Positions 1 through 10,395 are shown, counted from the stretch's first letter. The stretch is DNA of 40,000 nucleotides from an uncultured Flammeovirgaceae bacterium (GCA_913050055.1 CAJXAT010000002.1:23633-63632), one strand, 5' to 3'. Program-made: numbers and translations. The notes: generated from the sequence alone by a model not told the origin.

Positions 1-1
1 G

Positions 2-424
2 AAAGCATTTGCCAAAATTTCTACCCGATTGGTCTCCAATCAAAACAGCGATAAGATCACACAAATGATCATCAAATATTTTGAAGAAAATGCACCCAAA
101 TCTGTAAAAGTGAAGGTAACGCCCCATCATGGAGGAACACCCGCAGTAGTTTCTACCCATTCAAATGGGTATCAAGCAGCAAGTAAGGCATTTGCACAAT
201 CCTGGGGAAAAACACCGATCCCGACGATGGAAGGCGGGAGCATCCCAATCGTTGCTCTGTTCATTCAAGAACTGAAAATAGAACCTATCTTAATGGGCTT
301 TGGTCTCGATTCGGATGACATTCATTCACCCAATGAAAGTTATGGCTTATTTAATTATTATAAAGGAATTGAAACTATTGCTTATTTTTACCATCATTTT
401 TCCCAAGTATCAAAAAATAACTAA
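2..424 (+). CDS. M20 family peptidase/dipeptidase, C-terminal part (5' end outside window)
   Basis: Frame stays open upstream of the listed ORF to the window edge (KAFAKISTRLVSNQNSDK...); VTPHHGGTPAVVST, EGGSIPI and GFGLDSDDIHSPNE are M20 C-terminal motifs. Confidence 0.85.
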   Translation, partial: KAFAKISTRLVSNQNSDKITQMIIKYFEENAPKSVKVKVTPHHGGTPAVVSTHSNGYQAASKAFAQSWGKTPIPTMEGGSIPIVALFIQELKIEPILMGFGLDSDDIHSPNESYGLFNYYKGIETIAYFYHHFSQVSKNN

Positions 425-449
425 GGGGTCAATCTATCATTGATAAATT

Positions 450-2414
450 ATGCGCGTTCAATTAATTCTGTTGCTACTTTTAGCTAGTTTTTGGGGTTCA
501 AGTCAAATAATCAAGCCAATCGAATGGCGTCAAAGTATCTCTATTTCAGATGATCAAGCAACGGCTCAAATTATTTTTAATGCGGTCATTGATGCCGATT
601 GGTATTTATATTCCTCTGATTTTGATCCTGAATTAGGTCCTAACGTTACCGAATTTATTTTCACGCCGCATGCGAGTTACAAACTGTTAGGATCTATTCA
701 ACCTCAAGCAGCCTTAAGTGCCTATGATTCTATATTTATGGGTACCTACACCTATTTTAAAAAAACAGGTACGTTTGTTCAAAATATTCAATTAAAAGAT
801 CTCAACTATAGTATTGAGGGCTTCTATAGTTATCAAGTTTGCTCAGATGTTACGGGACTCTGTATACCCCTTGAAGATGATTTCTCTTTTGTTGCACCCT
901 CCATGAGCTCGGCAGCCTTCTCCGAAGAAAAAGCAGGACCAAATGAAAGCGTTTTTGACATGCGAGCAGCCAATGCCCCCTATCCCCTCCTTTCCTTTGT
1001 GCTGATCGCCTTTCTCGCTGGGCTTACGGCCCTCCTTACCCCTTGTGTCTTTCCTATGATTCCTATGACCGTTACTTATTTTACAGGAAAAAATAAAAGT
1101 AAGGCAACGAGAATTAAAAATAGCCTTTTTTATGGTCTATCCATCATCGGAATTCATGTGCTCTTCGGTGCTATTATTGCCCCATTTATGGGGCCAGAAA
1201 TCGCAAATGAATTGGCCACAGGATGGTTTCCAAATGTTTTATTTTTTATTGTATTCGTCTTTTTTGCCCTTTCTTTTTTCGGTCTTTTTGAGATTACTCT
1301 TCCCCACAAATGGGTGAATAAAGTAGATCGAATGGGAGATCAAGGTGGCCTAATCGGTGTCTTTTTTATGGCCTTAACTTTAGTTTTAGTTTCCTTCAGT
1401 TGCACCGGACCCATTGTAGGTACGATATTAGTGGAATCGGCTGGAGGACTGGTACTCAAGCCGATTTTAGGAATGCTGGCTTTTTCTACAGCCTTTGCCA
1501 TCCCATTCATGCTTTTTGCTTTATTTCCCGGCTGGCTCGGATCTCTACCCAAATCAGGAAGTTGGCTCAACTCAGTAAAAGTAGTACTGGGTTTTCTGGA
1601 ATTGGCTTTTGCCTTTAAATTTCTAAGTATCGCTGACCAAGCCTATCACTGGGGCATTTTAGACCGTGAAATTTATTTAGCTCTATGGATTGCTATTTTC
1701 ACCTTATTGAGTTTTTATTTGCTTGGTACCTTTCGAATGCCTGGAGATTCTAAGGCAAAAAATACTTCAGTGTTGGGATTAATTTTAGCCATCATCAGTT
1801 TTTCATTTGTGTTTTATCTCATTCCAGGACTTTTTGGGGCCCCCCTAAAAGGAATGTCTGGCTATTTACCTCCCATCTCAGGACAAGATTTCAATGTAAG
1901 TTCATCAAATCAAACAATACTTAATAACAATTTATCTGGTTTGTGTGAAGCGCCAAAATATAGTGATTTTCTTGAGCTCCCTCATAGACTATCAGGTTAT
2001 TTTGATTTAGAGCAAGCCAAGGAATGTGCTCTTGCGACTGGAAAGCCCATATTTATAGACTTTACAGGCCATGGATGTGTCAACTGCCGAGAAATGGAGG
2101 CGCGTGTATGGTCGGATTCAAGAATTCTCAAACGATTATCTGAAAACTTCATCGTAGTTGCCTTGTATGTAGATGACAAAACGGCTTTGCCAAAGAATCA
2201 ATGGTATAAATCTTCTTACGACGGTAAGACAAAAAAAACGATAGGTAAGCAAAATGCAGATTTACAAATTACCCAATTTAAAAACAATGCTCAACCCCTT
2301 TATATCATCATGACTGCTGAGGGTCAATTGCTTGTCGATCCTATCTCCTATAATTTAGACATTCCATCCTTTCTCTCATTTTTGGACCTTGGGCATACCA
2401 ATTTCAGGAAATAA
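450..2414 (+). CDS. dsbD: Thiol:disulfide interchange protein DsbD-like (N-terminal domain, multi-TM core, C-terminal thioredoxin domain)
   Basis: Signal peptide; LTALLTPCVFPMIPMTVTYFTG; SCTGPIVGTIL; thioredoxin-like GHGCVNCREME with CxxC. Confidence 0.88.
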   Translation: MRVQLILLLLLASFWGSSQIIKPIEWRQSISISDDQATAQIIFNAVIDADWYLYSSDFDPELGPNVTEFIFTPHASYKLLGSIQPQAALSAYDSIFMGTYTYFKKTGTFVQNIQLKDLNYSIEGFYSYQVCSDVTGLCIPLEDDFSFVAPSMSSAAFSEEKAGPNESVFDMRAANAPYPLLSFVLIAFLAGLTALLTPCVFPMIPMTVTYFTGKNKSKATRIKNSLFYGLSIIGIHVLFGAIIAPFMGPEIANELATGWFPNVLFFIVFVFFALSFFGLFEITLPHKWVNKVDRMGDQGGLIGVFFMALTLVLVSFSCTGPIVGTILVESAGGLVLKPILGMLAFSTAFAIPFMLFALFPGWLGSLPKSGSWLNSVKVVLGFLELAFAFKFLSIADQAYHWGILDREIYLALWIAIFTLLSFYLLGTFRMPGDSKAKNTSVLGLILAIISFSFVFYLIPGLFGAPLKGMSGYLPPISGQDFNVSSSNQTILNNNLSGLCEAPKYSDFLELPHRLSGYFDLEQAKECALATGKPIFIDFTGHGCVNCREMEARVWSDSRILKRLSENFIVVALYVDDKTALPKNQWYKSSYDGKTKKTIGKQNADLQITQFKNNAQPLYIIMTAEGQLLVDPISYNLDIPSFLSFLDLGHTNFRK

Positions 2415-2424
2415 GACTACGCAC

Positions 2425-3669
2425 ATGAAAGTCCCTCATATAATCTCTTTATCCCTTTTAGTACTTTTTCATGCTTGTGATTCCGTGGTCAAGCAAGTAC
2501 CCAAAAAAGAGACTATTGAATCCCTCCCGCAGGAAGCTCCAAAGCCAAAATTATTATTTGGCCTTACTGTAGATTCGTCTGGAGTCATAGTAGGGAAAAT
2601 AAAACGAAACCAAACGCTTTCCGCTATTCTTCAAAATTTTGGTGTATCCGATGCCAAAATTTATGCAATTGCCCAGACTTCAAAAAATATTTATGACCTA
2701 CGCAAACTTAACATAGGTAAAAAATATTCGATTATTCATAAAATGGATTCAAATAAGACCGTTGACTATTTTATTTTTGAACCTGATTTGAAATCTTTTG
2801 TTGTTTTTTCCTTAGGTGATTCTATCTATACACGCGTCTACCGTAAGAAGATAGATGTCATTGAAAGAAGTATTGCTGCCGAGATTCATTCATCCCTATA
2901 TGAAACAGCAATAGATATCGGAGCCCCTCCTTTATTGGTAAGTAAACTCGTCGATGTACTTGCTTGGCAAGTTGACTTTTTCAGAATACAAGAAGGAGAT
3001 AAGTTCAAGGTCATTTATGAGGAAGAAAGTATTGAAGGAAAACCTATTGGCATTAAGCAAATCAAGGGTGTCTATTTTGAGCATTTTGATAAGATATTTT
3101 ATGGTATTCGATACAGCGTAGATCAAAAAGAAGATTATTTTGACCGGGACGGTAACAGCTTAAGAAAGACTTTTTTAAGAGCTCCACTGAATTACAGGAG
3201 AATAAGTTCTCGATATTCAGGTCGTCGCTATCATCCTGTTCAAAAAAGATATAAGGCCCATTTAGGAACAGATTATGCAGCCGCTACGGGCACACCCATT
3301 CACTCGGTCGGTGAAGGCGTCGTTGTGGAAGCCAAATATGGGCGCTATAATGGAAATTATGTTAAAATAAAGCATAGTAGTACCTATTCAACCCAATACT
3401 TACACATGCAGAAAATTAAGCGAGGTATCAGGCCAGGCGTCCAAGTTGAACAAGGTCAAACTATTGGATTTGTGGGAAGCACAGGACTGGCCACCGGACC
3501 ACACCTCTGCTTTCGCTTCTGGAAGAATAACAAACAAGTAGATGTATTAAAAGTAGATTTACCTCCTTCAGATCCCATCAATCCCAAAGCACTCAATGAT
3601 TTTTTGCATGAAAAAAATAGGGTTATAAAAAAATTAGAACAATTATCTTTTATAGTTCCGCAAGCATGA
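2425..3669 (+). CDS. M23 family peptidoglycan DD-metalloendopeptidase, probable lipoprotein
   Basis: LLVLFHACD lipobox-like; HLGTDYAAATGTPIHSVGEGVV, STQYLHM, GSTGLATGPHLCFRFW. Start chosen at internal ATG 2425 rather than 2389, which overlaps dsbD. Confidence 0.88.
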   Translation: MKVPHIISLSLLVLFHACDSVVKQVPKKETIESLPQEAPKPKLLFGLTVDSSGVIVGKIKRNQTLSAILQNFGVSDAKIYAIAQTSKNIYDLRKLNIGKKYSIIHKMDSNKTVDYFIFEPDLKSFVVFSLGDSIYTRVYRKKIDVIERSIAAEIHSSLYETAIDIGAPPLLVSKLVDVLAWQVDFFRIQEGDKFKVIYEEESIEGKPIGIKQIKGVYFEHFDKIFYGIRYSVDQKEDYFDRDGNSLRKTFLRAPLNYRRISSRYSGRRYHPVQKRYKAHLGTDYAAATGTPIHSVGEGVVVEAKYGRYNGNYVKIKHSSTYSTQYLHMQKIKRGIRPGVQVEQGQTIGFVGSTGLATGPHLCFRFWKNNKQVDVLKVDLPPSDPINPKALNDFLHEKNRVIKKLEQLSFIVPQA

Positions 3670-3711
3670 TTAGAATGCCCCAATAGATTACCAAATTATA
3701 GAACTTAGGTC

Positions 3712-3783
3712 CCCTCTTCTCATTTTTTAGGCCCTAGGATTGTTCAGTGGGTGCTAACATATCTAATCCCTTAGAGAAGAGGG
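3712..3783. repeat. 10-bp perfect inverted repeat (CCCTCTTCTC...GAGAAGAGGG) in intergenic region
   Basis: Arms at 3712-3721 and 3774-3783, 52-nt spacer. Confidence 0.6.
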
Positions 3784-3861
3784 CTTAAATAAAACAAGCC
3801 CAAATTGCCCTCATCTAAACCATTTTTAATATCTTCGATACAATAAAAAAATTATTTCTCT

Positions 3862-4245
3862 ATGAAAAAAATCATTCCTTACTCATTGATAATATTTTCT
3901 TTGTTATCATGTAGAGATGAAGTTAAACTGCAAGGAACATGGGATGCTGTTTGGGAAACTTCACCCGAATCCTTTGGTGAAATAGCGGGTATTGAAAGTT
4001 TTATCATGAATGGTAAGTTTATTTTTCACGGTGATTCCATCACCATCGTTGCTCATGGCTATAAAGGTTGTGTCTTCGGAGTTGATACCATTCAGCATTC
4101 CCAAACATGGAACATACAGAATGATACCCTTTATCTTGTGAATGAAAGCAACCTGCAAGGAATATCTTATTTTGTCAAATCCAAAGATGAAAACTCCATT
4201 GAATTACAACTCATGGAAGACATTTTTATTCATCTTAAAAAATAA
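3862..4245 (+). CDS. Hypothetical lipoprotein (lipocalin-like)
   Basis: MKKIIPYSLIIFSLLSCRDE lipobox; LQGTWDAVWE... beta-rich small protein. Confidence 0.6.
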   Translation: MKKIIPYSLIIFSLLSCRDEVKLQGTWDAVWETSPESFGEIAGIESFIMNGKFIFHGDSITIVAHGYKGCVFGVDTIQHSQTWNIQNDTLYLVNESNLQGISYFVKSKDENSIELQLMEDIFIHLKK

Positions 4246-4247
4246 AT

Positions 4248-4778
4248 ATGAAAAATTATCTCGTCCTACTCTTATTTTCTTTGAGCTCATTTAGCCTGCT
4301 CAGTCAAAGTTTATACGATTACGACATCGATGCTAGGTTACTAGAATTAGGAATTACCCTCAATGAACCGAGTCAGCCTGTAGGCAATTATGTCAACAGC
4401 ATCCGAACAGGAAATCTCATCTATATGGCAGGACTCGGTCCGCTCGGTCCCAATGGATACATAATCGGTAAACTGGGACAAGATTTAAGTATAGCAGAGG
4501 GTTACGACGCGGCTCGGTATACAGCCATCTCTCAATTGACGGCTTTAAAGGCTGAAATAGGAGATCTCAATAAGGTAAAAAGAATCGTTAAAGTATTTGG
4601 CATGGTCAACTCCACCTCCACTTTTACCCAACAACCCGCAGTAATCAATGGTTTCTCAGATTTAATGATAGCCGTTTTTGAAGATAGAGGAAGACACGCC
4701 CGTGCAGCTGTCGGTATGGTTGCCTTACCTATGAATATCTGTCTAGAGATAGAAATGATTGTTGAAGTAGAACCCTAA
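4248..4778 (+). CDS. RidA/YjgF/Endoribonuclease L-PSP family protein with N-terminal signal peptide
   Basis: LGITLNEPSQPVGNYVNSIRTGNLIYMAGLGPL...GKLGQDL; N-terminal MKNYLVLLLFSLSSFSLLSQS. Confidence 0.82.
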   Translation: MKNYLVLLLFSLSSFSLLSQSLYDYDIDARLLELGITLNEPSQPVGNYVNSIRTGNLIYMAGLGPLGPNGYIIGKLGQDLSIAEGYDAARYTAISQLTALKAEIGDLNKVKRIVKVFGMVNSTSTFTQQPAVINGFSDLMIAVFEDRGRHARAAVGMVALPMNICLEIEMIVEVEP

Positions 4779-4796
4779 GTAGAGGCTCAACCATTT

Positions 4797-5705
4797 TCAT
4801 AGGGACCTTAATGACAACTGTTTTTGTAAAATAGCCATACCTTCATCAAAACTGTGGGGTTTATAATTTAATTCGGTAATGGCTTTATCTAAAATAAATC
4901 CTGTTCTCGCGGGTCGCTGAGCTGGCTGGGTAAATACACTTCCATCTACCTCTTTAATCAGGGACGCATCTAACTTAAAAAAATGCGCTGTTTTTAATGC
5001 CATATCATGGGGAGTAAGCAGATCTTTACCTGATATATTAAAAATTCCTTCTGCCTTTTTTTGTGCAATGGCCATGCAACCCAAAGCCAAGTCTTCAGCC
5101 AAGGTAGGTGTCCTCCATTGGTCATTGATTACTTGTATTTTTTTCCCCTGCTCTAGACTATGCTTTATCCATAAAATTATATTCGACTTTGACATATCAT
5201 GTGCGATTCCATAAACCAAAACCGTGCGGACAATGGCACTTTTGACAGGTGAGGCCTTTAATAAATCTTCTGAAGCTAACTTGCTCTTTCCATAATAACT
5301 TAAGGGATGGGCTAGCGCCTCTTCAGCGTAAGGACCTGCCAAACCATCAAAAATAAAATCTGTCGACAGCTGGATGAGTAAAGCATTTGCCTCAATGCAA
5401 CCCGCTATTAAATATTCTAAAGCCGTTACATTTTGTGACCAGCATGCTTCTTGATGAGTTTCGCATTGATCCACATGCGTCATGGCCGCACAATTGATCA
5501 CCACATCAGGATTAATTTCTTTGAGGACCGTCGACACCTCCTCTCGAGAGGTAACATCTAACTTCCTATATTCATATTTTCCAGGTGGATTACGATTTTC
5601 GCCTCTACTCGTAGCTATAAAAGAAATCTCTTGCAGCGAAGCTGATAGACTGACTAATTTCTGCCCTAATAGGCCATTGGCCCCCGTAACTAATAGCTTC
5701 ATCAT
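4797..5705 (-). CDS. rfbD: dTDP-4-dehydrorhamnose reductase (RmlD/RfbD family)
   Basis: LVTGANGLLGQKLV, DVVINCAAMTHVDQCE, LIQLSTDFIFDGLAGPYAE, YYGKSKLASE, VRTVLVYG. Confidence 0.88.
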   Translation of the reverse strand: MMKLLVTGANGLLGQKLVSLSASLQEISFIATSRGENRNPPGKYEYRKLDVTSREEVSTVLKEINPDVVINCAAMTHVDQCETHQEACWSQNVTALEYLIAGCIEANALLIQLSTDFIFDGLAGPYAEEALAHPLSYYGKSKLASEDLLKASPVKSAIVRTVLVYGIAHDMSKSNIILWIKHSLEQGKKIQVINDQWRTPTLAEDLALGCMAIAQKKAEGIFNISGKDLLTPHDMALKTAHFFKLDASLIKEVDGSVFTQPAQRPARTGFILDKAITELNYKPHSFDEGMAILQKQLSLRSL

Positions 5706-6541
5706 AATTCTTTAGGATACCTGTAACCATATTTTTCAGTAATTTCTTTTTTAGGTACCTCCTCGATTTCCATGGTCATAAAAAGTTCCTCAATCGGTCG
5801 GTTGGCTCGTCCTACCGATACGCTTGCGATTTGATCAACCACGTCTAAGCCCGCAACCACACGACCAAAAATTGTGTATTCATTATCCAAGTGCGGAGCC
5901 CCTCCCAAGGTCGTGTAAGTTTCCAGTCGATCCAATGCCATGTCTTTGCGCAGTGAAATCCCTTGAACAGACTCCACTAATTCCACATATCTAAGGGCCA
6001 ATTGATTCATTTCTTCAATTTTATTTTCCCTTTGCAAATTGATAAATTGTTGGGCTATGGTATCATAGCTGGGATTCTTCATTAACTCACTCAAACCCTG
6101 ATTTAATGCAAATTGATCTATTGTTAACTCTTCTATGCTGAATATTTTACCATGGACAATATAAAATTGACTTGCCGAAGACATTTTTTCTGGGTTAATG
6201 CGATCAGGTTGCCTGGCTGCAGCTAACGCACCTTTAGTATGCATGAAATCACTCATGATTTCGGCAGGAATACGATCCGCTAAAGATTCCTGTGTCCCTT
6301 CTTTTTCATTGATATTTCCGCCCTGGACCATAAACCCTTTCATAACCCGATGCCACAAAGTACTGTCATACTTTCCCGTCCGCACCAACTCGATAAAGTT
6401 TTTCTTATGGAGTGGTGTTTCGTCGTATAAAAGCACTTTGATGGTTCCAAATTGGGTATTGATATTGACTAAGATATCTTTATCAGAATTACAACCCTGT
6501 AAAACCATCATTAACCCCATTATGATTACTATTTTTTTCAT
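5702..6541 (-). CDS. Cyclophilin-type peptidylprolyl isomerase, probable lipoprotein
   Basis: MMVLQGCNSD lipobox; NTQFGTIKVLLYDETPLHKKNF, FHRVMKGFMVQGG (WHRVMKGFMVQGG here), FTIFGRVVAGLDVVDQIA-type motif. Confidence 0.88.
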   Translation of the reverse strand: MKKIVIIMGLMMVLQGCNSDKDILVNINTQFGTIKVLLYDETPLHKKNFIELVRTGKYDSTLWHRVMKGFMVQGGNINEKEGTQESLADRIPAEIMSDFMHTKGALAAARQPDRINPEKMSSASQFYIVHGKIFSIEELTIDQFALNQGLSELMKNPSYDTIAQQFINLQRENKIEEMNQLALRYVELVESVQGISLRKDMALDRLETYTTLGGAPHLDNEYTIFGRVVAGLDVVDQIASVSVGRANRPIEELFMTMEIEEVPKKEITEKYGYRYPKEL

Positions 6542-6556
6542 ATTCTTCCCTAAATT

Positions 6557-7471
6557 TCAAATTTGTTCCCTTATCTCTTTTAAAATATTTTGGCCTCCCG
6601 CTTCTAAAACCTCTAAAGCCAAGCAAATTCCAAGATCTTTAGGATCATAACTGGATCGCTTTTTTAATATCTTTTGCTTGCCATCTAGGCTAATGATACC
6701 CCCCCTTAGAATAATGCCATTTTGATCAGAAGTTGCATGTGCAAAAACAGGAATGCTACAACCCCCTTCAAATTTTTCAAGAAAGGCACGTTCTGCGATG
6801 ACCTCGGTCGCCGTGTGCGCATCATTTAACTTCGATGTAATTTGAGCTCTTATTGAAGGGTCTAATGAGCTATGCGCTTCAATGGCAATGCTCCCTTGGC
6901 CCACCGCCGGAACCCATACTTTTTCATCAAAGACATATTGAATCATACTTTCATAATTCATCCTTTGTATCCCAGCATAAGCCAATATCAAGGCATCACA
7001 ATGTCCCGCCTTCATTTTCTCAATTCTTGTCTGCAAGTTTCCTCTCATATCTACCGTTTCTGCATGAGGGTAAAAATGTCTCAGACAGGCCACGCGGCGT
7101 GTTGATGAGGTTCCAATGACAAGCGGTGTAGCTAAATTAACTTTATTTGGACTGATCAAAACATCATTGGGTTGTGCTCTTGGACCAAAGGCAATAATTT
7201 CAAATGATTCAGGCAACACCGATGGCATATCTTTGGCGCTGTGAACGGCTATATCTATTTCTCCATTTTGGAGTTTTTGTTCTAATTCTTCAGTAAAAAC
7301 TCCTTTCGAACCTATTTTAGAAATGGCTACATCCAAAACGCGATCGCCCTGAGTTGATATGGGTGCCAGCTCTGAAGCAATGCCCTCATTAGCCAGTTGG
7401 GTTTTTACCGAATGAGCTTGCCACAAAGCCAGTTTACTTTTACGCGTTCCTATGACAATTGGCCTATCCAC
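6557..7471 (-). CDS. hemC: Hydroxymethylbilane synthase
   Basis: IGTRKSKLALWQA, TQGDRVLD, DIAVHSAKDMP, GTSSTRRVA, DMRGNLQTR, GQGSIAIE, FLEKFEGGCSIPVFAHA. Confidence 0.95.
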   Translation of the reverse strand: MDRPIVIGTRKSKLALWQAHSVKTQLANEGIASELAPISTQGDRVLDVAISKIGSKGVFTEELEQKLQNGEIDIAVHSAKDMPSVLPESFEIIAFGPRAQPNDVLISPNKVNLATPLVIGTSSTRRVACLRHFYPHAETVDMRGNLQTRIEKMKAGHCDALILAYAGIQRMNYESMIQYVFDEKVWVPAVGQGSIAIEAHSSLDPSIRAQITSKLNDAHTATEVIAERAFLEKFEGGCSIPVFAHATSDQNGIILRGGIISLDGKQKILKKRSSYDPKDLGICLALEVLEAGGQNILKEIREQI

Positions 7472-8588
7472 GGTGGGTTCTAATAATATAGGAAAGCCTG
7501 ATACTTAAAGCTAATTGGGCCATCTGTGGATGAGCATGACGCTCTAAATAATACAAGGTTTCTGAAAGATCTTTATAAATGAGTTCAAGTCCTTGAAGAT
7601 TAATAGCATGACTAAATTTCAATATGAACACACGCTCAGCGCCTTGCGAGGAGATTAAATCTTCTGCTCCTTTAACCAAAATTGCATTACGAATCATCTC
7701 GAGTGCCCAACGCATTTTAATCTGTTGTTTTGCCCTTGATATTTGCTTGAATTGCTCACTCATCCGAGATAAAAAGTCATATTTAGCTCCTATACAATTT
7801 CGCATCCAATCAATGAACCAATACAGCTCATCCTCATTACCTTCTTTTAAATCGGCTACTGCATTCGGTAAGCTCCCATTTGAGAACCGATATGCCTTGA
7901 TCGCATCTTCGGCACTAGCACCCTTATTTTTAACCAAGTATCCCATCATTTCGCCCTCTGAAAATGAGGGAACGGTAACCAACTGCAAACGAGAGATAAT
8001 GGTTTTTAGTAAATCTTCATAATGATAAGTAACCATCAAATACAAAGTATTTTCGGGAGGTTCTTCCAACACTTTTAAAATGGCGTTGGCTGCCGCCCCA
8101 TTCATTTTTTCAGGATACCAAATAATCAAAATTTTGAGTCCGCCCTCAAAAGATTTCATATTCACTGTTTGTACAATTTTTTTTGCTTCCGCCTTACTTA
8201 TCTGATTTTGCTTGTTTTCCGTATCCAGTGCACTGATAAGATCGCCCAGAGCAGCATAAGGCTGTTCAATGATCAATTCCCTCCAAACTTCATTCACCCT
8301 AGACTGTTGCTTCCCATCCTCTTTTTCCGGTTTGGCTGAAGGGAAAAAATAATGAACATCAGGATGTATGTGCTTGGCCATTTTTTGACATGTCGGACAA
8401 CTTCCACAAGCATCTGTTGCTTCTTTATTCTCACAGAGTAAATAGGTGGCATAGGCAATGGCCAAAGGCAGGGCCGCACCGCCTTCCTTTCCACTGAATA
8501 ATTGAGCATGTGCCAGATGGTTTCGCTGATATGATAAAACCAATGTTTCTTTTAAGGCGAGCAGTCCCGGAATCTCCTCAAATCTCAT
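7464..8588 (-). CDS. holB: DNA polymerase III delta' subunit
   Basis: NHLAHAQLFSGKEGGAALPLA, CGSCPTCQKMAKHIHPDVHYFFP, MNGAAANAILKVLEEPPENT. Confidence 0.85.
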   Translation of the reverse strand: MRFEEIPGLLALKETLVLSYQRNHLAHAQLFSGKEGGAALPLAIAYATYLLCENKEATDACGSCPTCQKMAKHIHPDVHYFFPSAKPEKEDGKQQSRVNEVWRELIIEQPYAALGDLISALDTENKQNQISKAEAKKIVQTVNMKSFEGGLKILIIWYPEKMNGAAANAILKVLEEPPENTLYLMVTYHYEDLLKTIISRLQLVTVPSFSEGEMMGYLVKNKGASAEDAIKAYRFSNGSLPNAVADLKEGNEDELYWFIDWMRNCIGAKYDFLSRMSEQFKQISRAKQQIKMRWALEMIRNAILVKGAEDLISSQGAERVFILKFSHAINLQGLELIYKDLSETLYYLERHAHPQMAQLALSIRLSYIIRTHRG

Positions 8589-8603
8589 CTCTTAATGACT
8601 CGT

Positions 8604-9803
8604 TTACTCATTATTTATTCTTATTTCCCAAGTGCGTTCATCTTGAGTTTGGGTAAACACGTTTTTAAGTATTCCCTTCTGATGGTCCTCTAAATATTTA
8701 CTCCTTCTCCTCATGACCAGATCCGTTGTTTCAAGCATTTTATCAATCCGATGGGTAATAAAACCTTGTTTTACCCCCCAAGAAAAAGAAGGAATTAAAT
8801 TTTTTTGTACTCCAGAACCCAAAATATTTGCTCCCACGCCTACCGTGGTTCCGGTATTGAACTGCGAAGCAATACTGCATTTAGTATAATCCCCCATGAT
8901 CATTCCACAAAACTGTAATCCTGTATCTATGTATTTTTTACTATAAAAATCCCACATCTTAATGGTAGAATAATTCAGCTTCAGATTTGAATTATTCGTT
9001 CCCGCTCCTAAGTTACACCATTCTCCGATGACCGAATTTCCCAAAAATCCATAATGGGCTTTATTGGTAAACCCTTGAATCACTGTTTGAGAGATTTCTC
9101 CACCGACCTTTGAGTGAGGGCCTATGGTCACCTGTTCTCTGATCGCAGCCCCCATTTTAATTTCACTATGCTCATTCATGGCAAATGGTCCGCGAATAAT
9201 GGCACCTTCCCCTATTCTACAATTTTTGCCAATATAGATGGGGCCACGCTCCGCATTAAGGATGGCCGCTCTGATGGTCACTCCGGATTCAATATATATA
9301 TCGGACCCATAAGTGCGGATATGGGGATCTGCGATTGACTGCGATATTTGATCTTGGGTAACTAATTTGAAATCTTTTTTTATCTGTTTCCCATTTTGTA
9401 TGAAAATATCCCATCCATAGTTTATTTGATCTAATGAATCATTCCACTGGATCCAATCGTAGTTTGACCCTGCAAATCCCTCATCGGTATACAGGGCAAT
9501 CATAACGCCTTCGTAAATAATGCCTGTGCCTTTTTTTAACCCTTTAATGGAAGCTACAAGTTGTTCGTTGGGCATTACACTCCCATTGATAACCCATATT
9601 CCAGAGGCATCCCTTGGCTTCGTATATTGGCCCATCAAATAATCCAAAGTAAAATAACCAACCAGATCGGCCTTAAGGTAATGCTCCCATTTTTCTCTAA
9701 TGGTAAGAATCCCCACCCGCAGCTCACATGAAGGCTTCGTGTGGGTCAATGGCCATAACCGTTGATGGCGCTCGGGGTCATCCCAAAATGCTATTTTACG
9801 CAT
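8604..9803 (-). CDS. Putative sugar nucleotidyltransferase with left-handed beta-helix acetyltransferase domain (GlmU-like)
   Basis: Hexapeptide repeats (GPIYIGKNCRIGEGAIIRGPFAMNEHSEIKMGAAIREQVTIGPHSKVGGE); SNLKLNYSTIKMWDF. Confidence 0.8.
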   Translation of the reverse strand: MRKIAFWDDPERHQRLWPLTHTKPSCELRVGILTIREKWEHYLKADLVGYFTLDYLMGQYTKPRDASGIWVINGSVMPNEQLVASIKGLKKGTGIIYEGVMIALYTDEGFAGSNYDWIQWNDSLDQINYGWDIFIQNGKQIKKDFKLVTQDQISQSIADPHIRTYGSDIYIESGVTIRAAILNAERGPIYIGKNCRIGEGAIIRGPFAMNEHSEIKMGAAIREQVTIGPHSKVGGEISQTVIQGFTNKAHYGFLGNSVIGEWCNLGAGTNNSNLKLNYSTIKMWDFYSKKYIDTGLQFCGMIMGDYTKCSIASQFNTGTTVGVGANILGSGVQKNLIPSFSWGVKQGFITHRIDKMLETTDLVMRRRSKYLEDHQKGILKNVFTQTQDERTWEIRINNE

Positions 9804-9868
9804 ACCCCAAAAATAAAAAAAGTCTCCAAGAATATTCTTGAAGACTTGCTTTAAATCTTTGCTTATTT

Positions 9869-10111
9869 TTATTTTTGATATCTCTTCTTGAATTTCTCAA
9901 CACGTCCCGCCGTGTCGACAAATAATTTTTTCCCTGTATAAAAGGGATGTGAGGCTGAGCTTACTTCAATTTTCACCAACGGATATTCATTCCCGTCCTC
10001 CCATTTAATGGTATCCGACGACTTCATTGTTGACTTGGTCAAAAATTTGAAGTTACTTGACGTGTCTAAGAACACAACTTCTTTATATTCGGGATGTAAA
10101 TCTTTTTTCAT
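9869..10111 (-). CDS. rpmE2: 50S ribosomal protein L31 type B (zinc-free form)
   Basis: [16 protein letters not shown]...[25 protein letters not shown]; no cysteines. Confidence 0.92.
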   Translation of the reverse strand: MKKDLHPEYKEVVFLDTSSNFKFLTKSTMKSSDTIKWEDGNEYPLVKIEVSSASHPFYTGKKLFVDTAGRVEKFKKRYQK

Positions 10112-10395
10112 GAGTAGAATTATATAATTTCAAAAAGGATTGCAAACATAGATATAAATTTGTGTAATAAAAAAGTCCAATTTTTAATAAATTTTAAGTT
10201 TTTAAGAATATTCACATCAAATGAACCGTCTCTCTCCCCATTAGACTACTTTTGTGTATCGTAGGGGTATGCGCTCTTGCTTGAACGAATGAATACATTA
10301 ATTGATAACAGGGTGTTTTTAACGGAGTATTATACTTTAAATAATACAAACAGCCCCTTTTCACTCCGTCCGGTTGTAACCAATAAACTCCCCGC

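Noticed and set aside
6198-6650. 150-aa plus-strand ORF
   Set aside because: Fully antisense to the cyclophilin gene and its upstream region; low-complexity, no family features.
7624-8022. 132-aa plus-strand ORF
   Set aside because: Antisense shadow of holB with no recognisable motifs.
9869-10111. Cysteine-free L31 as unusual
   Set aside because: Type B zinc-independent L31 is a well-known paralog; only relevant if a second zinc-binding copy exists elsewhere.
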